From Candidatus Micrarchaeota archaeon (lineage in GTDB: Archaea; Micrarchaeota; Micrarchaeia; Micrarchaeales; CABMGC01): a stretch of 64,000 nt of DNA. This document shows positions 1 to 8,288 of this stretch, piece by piece. Position numbers and translations under genes: made by a program. Where the stretch lies: positions 74,449 to 138,448 of the forward strand of contig JAWDMB010000001.1 in the NCBI GenBank assembly GCA_046536795.1. The letters are read 5' to 3'. The notes beneath the pieces were generated by a model. It had not been told where the DNA came from. It saw nothing but the letters and a program-made list of their open reading frames with translations, and made no database searches. Each line of letters starts with the position of its first letter. Positions within the stretch are counted from its first letter, which is position 1.

Positions 1-126
1 TAGCAACAGGAGCTAGCAGAGATACGTTTCAAAAGCTAAAGTAATGTTTAAGCAGCAAATGCCTAAAAGAAACCTTATTAAACTATACAGCAATATTTAA
101 TATTGTGATGAGATCTTTTCTGATAA

Positions 127-363
127 ATGATGAGGATCTTGAGTGCTGATTTCATGGCGCAACTCTCTAGGGAAAGCATAAAAAAACTTGTTAAAAAATA
201 TACAAATGCCAATATTACAGATGAAGGCGCAGATGCTATTGCTAGATTGCTTGAAAAGAAGGCGCGTGAAATCTCAAGCTTTGCTGTAAAAAAAGCTAAG
301 GAGAAGAAGAAAGACAAGATAACAAAAGAAGAGATAAATGAGTATATACTTAAGCATGCTTAG
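127..363 (+). CDS. archaeal histone-fold DNA-binding protein
   Basis: 78-aa ORF. From Met10 (nt 154) the length and pattern match a single histone fold: LSRESIKKLVKK..ITDEGADAIARLLEKKAREISSFAVKKAKEKKKDKITKEEINEYI. The start (127 versus 154) is unresolved. Confidence 0.7.
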   Translation: MMRILSADFMAQLSRESIKKLVKKYTNANITDEGADAIARLLEKKAREISSFAVKKAKEKKKDKITKEEINEYILKHA

Positions 364-909
364 GTGATTTCGATAGAAGCTCTATTGGCTTATAAAAGTG
401 CTAACGGAAAGATAAGAACAGCAAGCAGAGATAGCAAATTTGCTGTTGCCGACGAGTTAAAAGATGGCTCGCTTATAACTGTTTTTAATGAAGATGGTGA
501 GGTGTTAGATCAAAGGATTCTTAAGGGAAAGAGTGTAGAGGAAGGTCTTGAATACTATGTTGGTCCACTTAAAATTGTTGAGTCAGAATACAAAGAAGTA
601 GAGGTAAAGGCTGTTTGCCCAAGATGTGGAAAAAGGAGCATAAGAAGAGAGCTTGATCTTGTAGATACGAGAAAATTAAGCAATGTGCCTGTTTTACCAA
701 TTTATGTGTGTACTTCATGTGGCCAGGGCTTTTACTCCTTGACAAAAGAATATCTCAAAAAGATTGTAGATGAGCACCCTGACTTGTTCAGCGCCGAAGA
801 GAATAGCGAAAGGGAGAAAAACGAAGAAGCTTTTATAAATGAGCTCAATGAGTATATAATAAGAATTTTTGCTTCCAAAAAACTTATGAGGATAAAGATA
901 GAAAAGTGA
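364..909 (+). CDS. hypothetical protein with zinc ribbon
   Basis: 181-aa ORF with a GTG start directly after the histone stop. It has two CxxC pairs (CPRCGKRS ... CTSCGQGF). No family recognised. Confidence 0.5.
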   Translation: MISIEALLAYKSANGKIRTASRDSKFAVADELKDGSLITVFNEDGEVLDQRILKGKSVEEGLEYYVGPLKIVESEYKEVEVKAVCPRCGKRSIRRELDLVDTRKLSNVPVLPIYVCTSCGQGFYSLTKEYLKKIVDEHPDLFSAEENSEREKNEEAFINELNEYIIRIFASKKLMRIKIEK

Positions 910-913
910 TTTT

Positions 914-1147
914 ATGATGCTATCAGAAATATATGGAAAAAAGATTATAACATCAGGAGGCAAGATATTGGGAGATGTTAAAGAGATAGTGCTTGATGTA
1001 GAAAATGGGCAAGTCTCTCATCTGCTCACCACTAAGCTCGAGCAACTCGCAAAAAGCAGTAATGTAAGAGAAGCACTCTCTAAAAATAGTATCCTTTACA
1101 AGAGAGTAAAAAATGTTGCGGAGAGCATAGTTGTGAGTGAGAAGTAA
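914..1147 (+). CDS. small PRC-barrel domain protein
   Basis: 77 aa. GKKIITSGGKILGDVKEIVLDVENGQVSHLL fits the PRC-barrel pattern of small archaeal proteins. A paralog lies at 38201..38479. Confidence 0.6.
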   Translation: MMLSEIYGKKIITSGGKILGDVKEIVLDVENGQVSHLLTTKLEQLAKSSNVREALSKNSILYKRVKNVAESIVVSEK

Positions 1148-1279
1148 TTAATCTGTTGATACTTCTCTTGCTATAGAGGATCTTTCTTTTGCGACTACCC
1201 TATAACCACAGTAAGGGCATCTAACAAAGTTTTTGATATCTTTTATTTGCCTTCCACACTGCAAACACACATAAGCCAT
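1148..1279 (-). CDS. rpoP: DNA-directed RNA polymerase subunit P (Rpo12)
   Basis: Absent from the ORF track because it is only 43 aa. Minus-strand ATG at 1279 and TAA at 1150..1148 give MAYVCLQCGRQIKDIKNFVRCPYCGYRVVAKERSSIAREVSTD. The two CxxC pairs, the size and the superoperon position fit RpoP. Confidence 0.8.
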   Translation of the reverse strand: MAYVCLQCGRQIKDIKNFVRCPYCGYRVVAKERSSIAREVSTD

Positions 1280-1283
1280 TCTT

Positions 1284-1652
1284 TCACCTCTTTTCCTTTA
1301 TGTTTGCTTTAAGCCACTTTACAAACTCTCTGTGGAGCTCAGAACTACTTGTATCTATTACCCTTATACTCATCGTTGCTTTATATTCCTCATCATTTAG
1401 AGTAAGAACCGGAGTATAATCTTCCATCTTTGTAAAATGCACCTCAAGCCAATGTATTCTGCCCTTAAGATAATCTTTAACAACATCATCTGTCATTGGA
1501 AGAGATGAAAAGCTGAATAAAATACCATCGCACCAATATAAAGGCATTGTACCAGCTGGTGTTACACGCTCTCTTAGCAAATCGTCTTTATCTACCTTTA
1601 TCACTTCATGAACCACAAGTTCTGTTGCTGGAGAATACTCTATTTTTACCAT
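1284..1652 (-). CDS. hypothetical protein (122 aa) inside the exosome superoperon
   Basis: Clean ORF tightly packed between rpl37ae and rpoP. No motif recognised, and it does not resemble a Brix/Imp4 protein. Confidence 0.5.
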   Translation of the reverse strand: MVKIEYSPATELVVHEVIKVDKDDLLRERVTPAGTMPLYWCDGILFSFSSLPMTDDVVKDYLKGRIHWLEVHFTKMEDYTPVLTLNDEEYKATMSIRVIDTSSSELHREFVKWLKANIKEKR

Positions 1653-1656
1653 TTTA

Positions 1657-1905
1657 TCACCTTGCTGACTGCTCGCTATACTGCATAATTATCCTGTTTG
1701 CAGCCTCTCCGGTAGTTGTTTTAAGTGTATATGCTCCACCAGCGTATGTTGCACCGCAATGCTTGCATCTCCATATGCCAGTACTTATCCTCTTTACAGC
1801 TACCTTTCCGCATACATCACATTTGTAAAGAGCCTTCTTCTCTTTCTGTACAGCCTGATATCTCTTCCTAAGGCTTACTCCATATCTTATGCTAGCATTT
1901 GCCAT
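1657..1905 (-). CDS. rpl37ae: 50S ribosomal protein L37Ae (eL43)
   Basis: MANASIRYGVSLRKRY..CDVCGK..WRCKHCG is the eL43 zinc-ribbon pattern. I prefer the ATG at 1905 over the GTG at 1914; it is preceded by a GTGAT SD-like motif and avoids overlap with rrp42. Confidence 0.9.
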   Translation of the reverse strand: MANASIRYGVSLRKRYQAVQKEKKALYKCDVCGKVAVKRISTGIWRCKHCGATYAGGAYTLKTTTGEAANRIIMQYSEQSAR

Positions 1906-1906
1906 T

Positions 1907-2692
1907 TCAATCACTATTAAGTTTATTTATTATAGACCTTAAATCTTTAGACTTTTCGAATGTCTTTTCTATAAGGTCGTTTATCTCATGCTCCTTGAAT
2001 GAACCACTTAATCCTTTCTGCATCGCCCTTATGTAGGTTTCATCGTTTGCTATTGTAAGTCTTGCGTCCATTACCGATTCTTCGTCGCCGTCTGGGTCTA
2101 GTAATATTGTTTTACCGACCTTGGCATATGTACATGATGTTACAATATTATTTATCTTAAGCTTTCCAAGCTTTCCCTCTCTTATAACGGTGCCGTTTTC
2201 ATATTTTGGCATTCTCGTGTTTGTAAGCGCGGCAACAGATGCAAGCGTGCTTGCATCAAAAAGATTTCCATCGTAATTCATTATATAGATATCTATAAAG
2301 ACAGACCATACTTTACCTTCTTCTATAAATAATGAATTAGTATCTATAACGTTTGCTGCTCTTATGCCGCGGTCTACCACTCTAGCAAGTTCTATCGCCT
2401 CTGGACTTGGTGGACCTGTATCAAAATCTGCTGAAGCAAGTGGAAGAAGCTCTGCGGATGTTATTAAGTTGCCTTCATTAGGTTTGTCTGGCATAGGCTC
2501 ATCTATATCGAGCTTAACACCAACAAGTACCTTTGTTGCACCTAAGTCTACCTGTGCAGAACCTTCCGCATTCGGTATAATGTCTCTTACTACTGAAATA
2601 TTTCTATACTCAAAAAAGCCTCTGCCACTTCTAATTCCGTTGTTTAGCAGCTCTTTTATATATGTACTCTTTATTGCATTTATATTCGGCAT
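1907..2692 (-). CDS. rrp42: exosome complex protein Rrp42 (RNase PH-like, non-catalytic)
   Basis: 261 aa. RNase PH fold pattern (GIRSGRGFFEYRNISVVRDIIPNAEGSAQVDLGATKVLVGVK). Sits directly downstream of rrp41. Confidence 0.85.
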   Translation of the reverse strand: MPNINAIKSTYIKELLNNGIRSGRGFFEYRNISVVRDIIPNAEGSAQVDLGATKVLVGVKLDIDEPMPDKPNEGNLITSAELLPLASADFDTGPPSPEAIELARVVDRGIRAANVIDTNSLFIEEGKVWSVFIDIYIMNYDGNLFDASTLASVAALTNTRMPKYENGTVIREGKLGKLKINNIVTSCTYAKVGKTILLDPDGDEESVMDARLTIANDETYIRAMQKGLSGSFKEHEINDLIEKTFEKSKDLRSIINKLNSD

Positions 2693-2701
2693 TTCAACAC
2701 C

Positions 2702-3439
2702 TCACTTGTATTTGTTGCTTATCCTTTCGTATGGTGCCTTTAAGGCATCTCTCTGCACCTTCGATATGATTTGACCTGCTTTTTTAACTTTTGCGACTGC
2801 TTCTTTAAATTCCTCTTTAGTCAATGAACCATCCATCTGAAGTAGAAGTATCTCGCCAGTCCTTGGGCTTATTGCTATAGGAACGTCTGCATCAGAATAA
2901 TTGTCTTCTATTTTGTTTAGGTCTATAACTACTTGATCACCTATCTTTCCGGCAGAAACCGCATAAGGCAAATCTCTCATTGGTATACCGGATGTAGCAA
3001 GTGCAACAGCCGCTGCGGTTATGCCGGCTGCCCTGGTTCCACCATCACTTTGAACGACTTCTATAAATATATTTATCTCTGTGCCAGGAAAGTTTTCAAC
3101 CATTATTACATTTTCAAAAACTTCCTTTGTAACCTTTGAAATCTCTATTGCTCTTCTGTTTGGTCCAGATCTACCGTGCTCCTCAAGAGATGAAAACGGA
3201 GCCATTGAATATCTGCACTTTATAACCGCTTTCTCTGGATCTGCTGTATGCTTAGGAAGTGCTTCTCTCGGCCCGTAAACAGCTGCAAATATCTTGTTCT
3301 TACCCCATTCTAGATAAGCAGAACCGTCAGCATTTTTCAAAACACCGGCTTCTATCCTTATTGGCCTGAGTTCATCGACGCCTCTGCCATCAAGTCTCTT
3401 ACCATCTACAATAAGTTTTGGTTTTTCTTGTGAATCCAT
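2702..3439 (-). CDS. rrp41: exosome complex exonuclease Rrp41 (RNase PH-like)
   Basis: 245 aa. DGKRLDGRGVDELRPIRIEAGVLKNADGSAYLEWGKNKIFAAVYGPRE is typical of Rrp41. Confidence 0.9.
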   Translation of the reverse strand: MDSQEKPKLIVDGKRLDGRGVDELRPIRIEAGVLKNADGSAYLEWGKNKIFAAVYGPREALPKHTADPEKAVIKCRYSMAPFSSLEEHGRSGPNRRAIEISKVTKEVFENVIMVENFPGTEINIFIEVVQSDGGTRAAGITAAAVALATSGIPMRDLPYAVSAGKIGDQVVIDLNKIEDNYSDADVPIAISPRTGEILLLQMDGSLTKEEFKEAVAKVKKAGQIISKVQRDALKAPYERISNKYK

Positions 3440-3443
3440 TTAA

Positions 3444-4049
3444 TCACTCCACTTTCTTTGATTTTTCAAGCATCTCTCTTATTCTATCAGTAAGTCCAGA
3501 AGTATGAGCTTCCTCTTGTATTCTGAGTATTGCTTTTGTTGTAAGCGCAACGTCGCCGCCCTTAATCCAGATCCTTCCGTTCATACCGACTATAATCGTT
3601 GATTTTGTTCCCTCGATAAGCTGTTTTATCATTGTGTTGTTTTTTCCTATTATTCTTGGAACTTTTGAAGGTTTAACATCAATAATCTTACCGCCATATA
3701 GCTTTCTTTCTCTCGTGAGTACTACTGTCTTTGTTTCATCAAGCTCTTTTACTGTTGCTTCTATTATGTCACCAACAGAAAGTTTGTCTCGAACATATTT
3801 TGCAACAAGTATTCCTTTATAAGGTGCGTTTAAATCTACAACATAGCTGTTTAGTTTTTCTTCTATTATTATACCAACAACAAGTTCGCCATGCTTTGGA
3901 TACCATAATCCTTCAAGTGGTATCAATACTTTCTTTTCCTTATCAAAGATACCAAGAACAGCGGCGTATGTCTTATCGTCTTCTATAAATGTATTTTCCA
4001 TATGTATAGGCTTATCTAATATCATGTCACCTGGAACGACTATTTCCAT
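3444..4049 (-). CDS. rrp4: exosome RNA-binding subunit Rrp4 (S1 + KH)
   Basis: 201 aa. N-terminal VVPGD motif, an S1-like GELVVGIIIEEKLNSYVVDLN, and a C-terminal KH-like IIGKNNTMIKQLIEGTKSTIIVGMNGRIWI. Confidence 0.85.
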   Translation of the reverse strand: MEIVVPGDMILDKPIHMENTFIEDDKTYAAVLGIFDKEKKVLIPLEGLWYPKHGELVVGIIIEEKLNSYVVDLNAPYKGILVAKYVRDKLSVGDIIEATVKELDETKTVVLTRERKLYGGKIIDVKPSKVPRIIGKNNTMIKQLIEGTKSTIIVGMNGRIWIKGGDVALTTKAILRIQEEAHTSGLTDRIREMLEKSKKVE

Positions 4050-4052
4050 TTT

Positions 4053-4742
4053 TTACACCTCTAAAAGCTTTGTTTCTGCATTCCCTTGCGCCAAACTGTT
4101 GAGCTTGTCATAAAACTCGCTCTGAAGCCCTGCTGGGAATTCAACAATTGCTAAAAGTGAACCATCATTTAGCCACTTCTCAGACTTCAAGCCATACTGC
4201 TTAAGCAGGCTATACACCCTGCTTGCATAGCTTGCAGGAACAGTAACCTCTACTTTGGCTACTGCAAACTTAATAGGTATTATCATACTAATCTTTTTAA
4301 CTATTTGGTCTACTTGCTCACTTGCACTCTTGAAAGGATCTATACTTACCTTTGCCTGCTCCATAGCATTCTCAACCCTCTGCATAGGAAGCGGTGCATT
4401 TGTTCTAGGATCTATAGAATTTCTAGAAATTATTGCAATAATCTGCTTTCTCTTTTCTTCTAACATTTTGTTCCTCTGCTCTGTAGTGATAGGCACATTG
4501 CCGTTTTTAAGTATTATTGCTACTATTTTGGCAAGATCTGTTGTATTAAATGCTTTTTCTATCTTTTCCTTGCTCTGCCTTTCGCCTTTGTTTGCGTCTT
4601 TGAAGATCTCATCAACTTCAAGAACAGATAATGGATCGCTTCTTTTTCCTGTTATGTACTCGTATGCAAGGTCTGCATCAACAAAAATCTCAAATTCCTC
4701 GCCGTTGACAGAATATTTTGCGATCACTTTTTTAGAAGACAT
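4053..4742 (-). CDS. SBDS-family ribosome maturation protein
   Basis: 229 aa. [47 protein letters not shown] is the SBDS N-terminal pattern. Occupies the conserved superoperon position. Confidence 0.85.
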   Translation of the reverse strand: MSSKKVIAKYSVNGEEFEIFVDADLAYEYITGKRSDPLSVLEVDEIFKDANKGERQSKEKIEKAFNTTDLAKIVAIILKNGNVPITTEQRNKMLEEKRKQIIAIISRNSIDPRTNAPLPMQRVENAMEQAKVSIDPFKSASEQVDQIVKKISMIIPIKFAVAKVEVTVPASYASRVYSLLKQYGLKSEKWLNDGSLLAIVEFPAGLQSEFYDKLNSLAQGNAETKLLEV

Positions 4743-4772
4743 AATCTCACAGAAATAATGAAATAGTAAAGA

Positions 4773-5477
4773 TCAGAGATATTTTGCAATCTCATCAGAA
4801 TTCAAGATTGTAAATTCATGCCCATCTTCGATATAGCCAACATCAAGGTTATCAGGGGTAACCTTTGTATCTGTAACCTTTTTGATTATCTTTACTCCGA
4901 GTGAAATTGCTTCATCAAGTGGCATATTGTCTTTATACTCTTTTACCAATATGTCAGATGCGGCTTTCTTTCCTGAACCTATTGCGTCTGCTTTGTAGCC
5001 AAGGAATGATGCACCTGGTTCTATCTCAAAGAGCCTTGGCTGTGTATCTATTCCACCGATAAGAATAGATACCGCATACGGCCTAATGCCGCCGTATTGA
5101 GTTGCCTGCATCATATACGCTGCAAGGTCCTTTGCAACAGATTCTATGGACTTAACTTCGTTGAATATAAACCTATGCTGCTGCGCTGAATCCCTTGCTA
5201 TGCCGATTATGTGCAGACCATCCGCAACCATGCCACTATAGGTTGCACCGATATGTGAATCTACCATAAACACTTTCTGTATTGTGCTTGGAACAGCAAG
5301 AGGGTCTGTTATATTTTTATGTGCCACAAATACTACGCTATCCTTTGCAATCAAGCCTATAGAGGTTGCTCCTTTCCTTACAGCCTCTTTAGCATACTCT
5401 ACTTGAAAAAGCCTGCCATCAGGGTTAAACATTACCCCTCTATCATACGCTTGTATATTTGGATACATATTCTTCAC
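4773..5477 (-). CDS. psmA: proteasome subunit alpha
   Basis: 234 aa. YDRGVMFNPDGRLFQVEYAKEAVRKGATSIG is the alpha-subunit signature. Confidence 0.95.
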   Translation of the reverse strand: MKNMYPNIQAYDRGVMFNPDGRLFQVEYAKEAVRKGATSIGLIAKDSVVFVAHKNITDPLAVPSTIQKVFMVDSHIGATYSGMVADGLHIIGIARDSAQQHRFIFNEVKSIESVAKDLAAYMMQATQYGGIRPYAVSILIGGIDTQPRLFEIEPGASFLGYKADAIGSGKKAASDILVKEYKDNMPLDEAISLGVKIIKKVTDTKVTPDNLDVGYIEDGHEFTILNSDEIAKYL

Positions 5478-5571
5478 CTAGAAAAATGAAAAAGTATCTT
5501 TAATATTATGTTTGGTGAATAATATAAACTTTTGCTTTACAGCTGCGAGCATGCGATAAAATTTGTCTAAT

Positions 5572-5886
5572 TCAGTTTTTCTTCCTTTCATTATATTTTC
5601 TGATGAGCGATTTTATTGTGCCTGAAGTGAGTATAGAGTAAAACCCAACGCCGTTAAGCTTAACAAATGAAAGCGCTAGTATAAGCTCTCTCTCGCCTCC
5701 TCTAGCTATTCTAAATATAAATTCTCTCTCGCCGATCTTTTTTACAAAATAAGGGCTAAGCCTAGCGAGCCCAAACAGGCCAATATATTTGGCTAGCGCA
5801 TCAAAGAATGCACTAAGGTTTGAGCCCAATTCTATTGGCTTTGAGCTCATTACCAACACATATCTACTCTTTCTTTTCAATATCAT
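5572..5886 (-). CDS. rnp2: RNase P protein component 2 (Pop5)
   Basis: 104 aa. KRKSRYVLV near the N-terminus and SGTIKSLIRKY near the C-terminus match the archaeal Pop5 pattern. Adjacent to rpp30 and psmA. Confidence 0.75.
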   Translation of the reverse strand: MILKRKSRYVLVMSSKPIELGSNLSAFFDALAKYIGLFGLARLSPYFVKKIGEREFIFRIARGGERELILALSFVKLNGVGFYSILTSGTIKSLIRKYNERKKN

Positions 5887-6337
5887 AGCTATTGCCTAAC
5901 ATCTCTTTTGCCCTTTCTTCGCCTGCACCTAAAAATTTGGCAATCTCTAGCATCTGCAAAGCTGATAGCAAGTGCTCCTCATCTTTTGCAAAACTTGCTA
6001 ACGATACACGCAAGCCCATTTTTATTGCGTTTCTTAATATGTTTCTACTGGTGTTATATTCTCTTATAAAATCCCCTTTGCTTAGAAGATTTGATATATC
6101 AATGATTATGGGCTTATCGTTTTCTTTTATCTTTTGAAATAATGCTTTATCTACCTTGCTCACTCTTACCCCGATTATGTTGCTCAATTTGAATTTGTGA
6201 AGCGCTTGGGCATCTGCTATTATATAATCGCCCTCTTCATTCAATGAGATATCTTTTCCTATACAGTATATTCTCTTGTAGCCAAGAAGCTTAGTTAGTG
6301 CTTTATCTACATCAAAGTATGCGATATCATAGAACAT
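5864..6337 (-). CDS. rnp3: RNase P protein component 3 (Rpp30), short form
   Basis: 157 aa. The call rests mainly on the conserved position upstream of pop5 plus a C-terminal LRVSLASFAKDEEHLLSALQMLEIAKFLG pattern. It is shorter than typical Rpp30. Its 3' end overlaps pop5 by 23 nt. Confidence 0.55.
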   Translation of the reverse strand: MFYDIAYFDVDKALTKLLGYKRIYCIGKDISLNEEGDYIIADAQALHKFKLSNIIGVRVSKVDKALFQKIKENDKPIIIDISNLLSKGDFIREYNTSRNILRNAIKMGLRVSLASFAKDEEHLLSALQMLEIAKFLGAGEERAKEMLGNSYDIEKKE

Positions 6338-6358
6338 ATAATCTGACCTGGCTATAAT

Positions 6359-7597
6359 CTATTTGCTTTCGTCGTTACTCTTGCCTTCTGCCTCGCTCTC
6401 CTTAAAGAATTCCTTTTCAATAATACTCTTTATCCTCTCAGGCGAATAAGATAGCTTTATAAGCTTTGTATGACCCCTTATGCCTTTTCCTGATTCGTAT
6501 GTTGTTATAAGACCTTGCATCTCCAGATCTTGTATATAATTTCTATACCATCTTGCACTTTTAGGCTCTTTTCCTAATGAACCACATATTGCTACATACT
6601 TATCGTAAACCTCTCCGCTAAACAGATAGCTCTCTGTATCGTCTGTAAGTTTTTTGTACTTGCTGCCTTGCATTGTTAGTAGAGATATTGCATACAGCAC
6701 TAGCTTCTGGTGTTCAGGTAGCGTGCCCACCAGCTCATATGCTACTTCTTCATCTGCAGACTTCGCTGCTTCATTTATTTCCTTGGCTGTTATCTTTGAA
6801 AGACCTTTTTCCTCAGCAATCTCGCCTGCTTTTGAAAGTATCTTGAGCGCAAGCCTTGCATCACCGCTTTCTTTAGCTGCTATAGCAGCGGCAAGATTTA
6901 TTGAAGCATCATCTATTACACCTGGCTTGAAGCTTATTTCAGCGCGCTGCTTCAATATCGCTGCCAGCTCTGTAGAATTATATGGCGGAAAAACCAGTTC
7001 ATTCTCATAGAGTGTTGATATGCTTCTTGGATCAAGCTCTTCTTTAAAGGAAATTTTGTTTGATATGCCAACAATTGTAACACCACCGTTTTTAATATCG
7101 CTGTTGGCTCTTGTAAGTGTATATATTAGATCATCAAGATCCTTTACCACATCAATTTCATCAAGCACCACAATAAGTATTTTGCCATCCTCCTCTATCC
7201 AGTTTATTATCTTTTCGTATATGTCTACTACACCATAACCTCTTTTTGCATATGAAGGCAAATGGTCGTTTACTATTTTGCTTAGAACCCTATACCTTGA
7301 GTTATAAATTCTGCAATTTATGTAGGAGATTTTTGCTTTTATTGTTGGCACTTCTTTTATTTTTTCTATAACATACTTCATGCATGAAGTTTTGCCTGTA
7401 CCTGTTTTGCCGTATATAAAGAGGTTTCTTCCTCTTTCACCTCTAAGTGAAGGGGTTAAGTATTTTACAATACCATCAATCTGTTTTTCTCTAAAAAGAA
7501 GTGTATTCGGCATATAATGGGGTGAAAGCGCATCCCTATTTGCAAAGATATTTGACTCTTTTAATAGGTTCTCGAAGATTTCTGACATAGAATTCAT
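6359..7597 (-). CDS. cdc6: Orc1/Cdc6 replication initiator
   Basis: 412 aa. Walker A GKTGTGKTS, Walker B VVLDEID, and a C-terminal winged helix (GKGIRGHTKLIKL). Confidence 0.9.
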   Translation of the reverse strand: MNSMSEIFENLLKESNIFANRDALSPHYMPNTLLFREKQIDGIVKYLTPSLRGERGRNLFIYGKTGTGKTSCMKYVIEKIKEVPTIKAKISYINCRIYNSRYRVLSKIVNDHLPSYAKRGYGVVDIYEKIINWIEEDGKILIVVLDEIDVVKDLDDLIYTLTRANSDIKNGGVTIVGISNKISFKEELDPRSISTLYENELVFPPYNSTELAAILKQRAEISFKPGVIDDASINLAAAIAAKESGDARLALKILSKAGEIAEEKGLSKITAKEINEAAKSADEEVAYELVGTLPEHQKLVLYAISLLTMQGSKYKKLTDDTESYLFSGEVYDKYVAICGSLGKEPKSARWYRNYIQDLEMQGLITTYESGKGIRGHTKLIKLSYSPERIKSIIEKEFFKESEAEGKSNDESK

Positions 7598-7719
7598 TAA
7601 TAATTAAGCAATAAAGAATTATAAATTATCTACTGCATGAATTACCACTGCTAACCGAAAAGTATTTATATCTGTTTTAGATATCTATAATAGATATCGA
7701 ATTGCGATATGGTGATAAA

Positions 7720-8202
7720 ATGATAGAAGAAGAGTATTTTGGAAGAAGAATGGGCATGGGAAGGGGGTTTGGAATGCATGGCCATGGAATGGGTATGATG
7801 CAGAAGCAATTTGGCAGGCATGGCTTTGGGCTCAAGTACTTTATACTAGCGGTGCTTAATGAAGGCAGAGCAACAGGAGCTGAAATTGCAAAAAGAATAG
7901 AGGAGATAAGCAACTACCATTGGAAGCCTTCTCCAGGAAGCCTATATCTTTTCCTAAAGGAAATGAGCGATGATGGCTATATAGAAGTAGAAGAGGAAGA
8001 TGATAAAAAATACTATAAGATAACAAAAGAAGGAAAAGAAATTATAGATAGTACATGGTTTCCATTTAAAAACATAATAAAGAGAGATGCTGTTGCAGAA
8101 CTTGAAGCACTTGCAGATTATATAATAGAGAAAAAAGAGACATTAAGCGATAGTGATATTGAAAAAATCAAAAAGCTTGGAGAGAAGCTGGCAAGCATAT
8201 AA
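7720..8202 (+). CDS. PadR-like winged-helix transcriptional regulator with a Gly/Met/His-rich N-terminus
   Basis: FILAVLNEGRATGAEIAKRIEE..WKPSPGSLYLFLKEMSDDGYIE..YYKITKEGKE is PadR-like. I prefer the ATG at 7720, preceded by GGTGA, over the TTG at 7702. Confidence 0.65.
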   Translation: MIEEEYFGRRMGMGRGFGMHGHGMGMMQKQFGRHGFGLKYFILAVLNEGRATGAEIAKRIEEISNYHWKPSPGSLYLFLKEMSDDGYIEVEEEDDKKYYKITKEGKEIIDSTWFPFKNIIKRDAVAELEALADYIIEKKETLSDSDIEKIKKLGEKLASI

Positions 8203-8288
8203 AAATAAGCCGTAAACTTTCCAAAAAAGAGACAAAGATTATTATAATTAATCCCTTCTATATAAAGTGAATTCTAATTGGTGAGCTA

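Noticed and set aside
2364-2774. Numerous antisense or overlapping ORFs in the track. Examples: 78..317, 2364..2774, 4255..4758, 6654..7010, 10689..11174, 11901..12332, 21930..22292, 31401..31793, 53097..53534, 54107..54490, 56303..56638, 61757..62203 and 62721..63107.
   Set aside because: Each lies opposite or out of frame within a gene that has strong family motifs. Their products are low-complexity (Ser/Leu/Phe/Ile-rich), as expected for shadow frames in AT-rich DNA.
7598-7701. Replication origin next to orc1/cdc6.
   Set aside because: Only 104 bp is available, and it is shared with the PadR-like promoter. I see no repeated ORB or mini-ORB-type elements with G-strings and no extended AT-rich unwinding region. 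The TAGATATC repeats are better explained as a promoter or operator. An origin may lie elsewhere.
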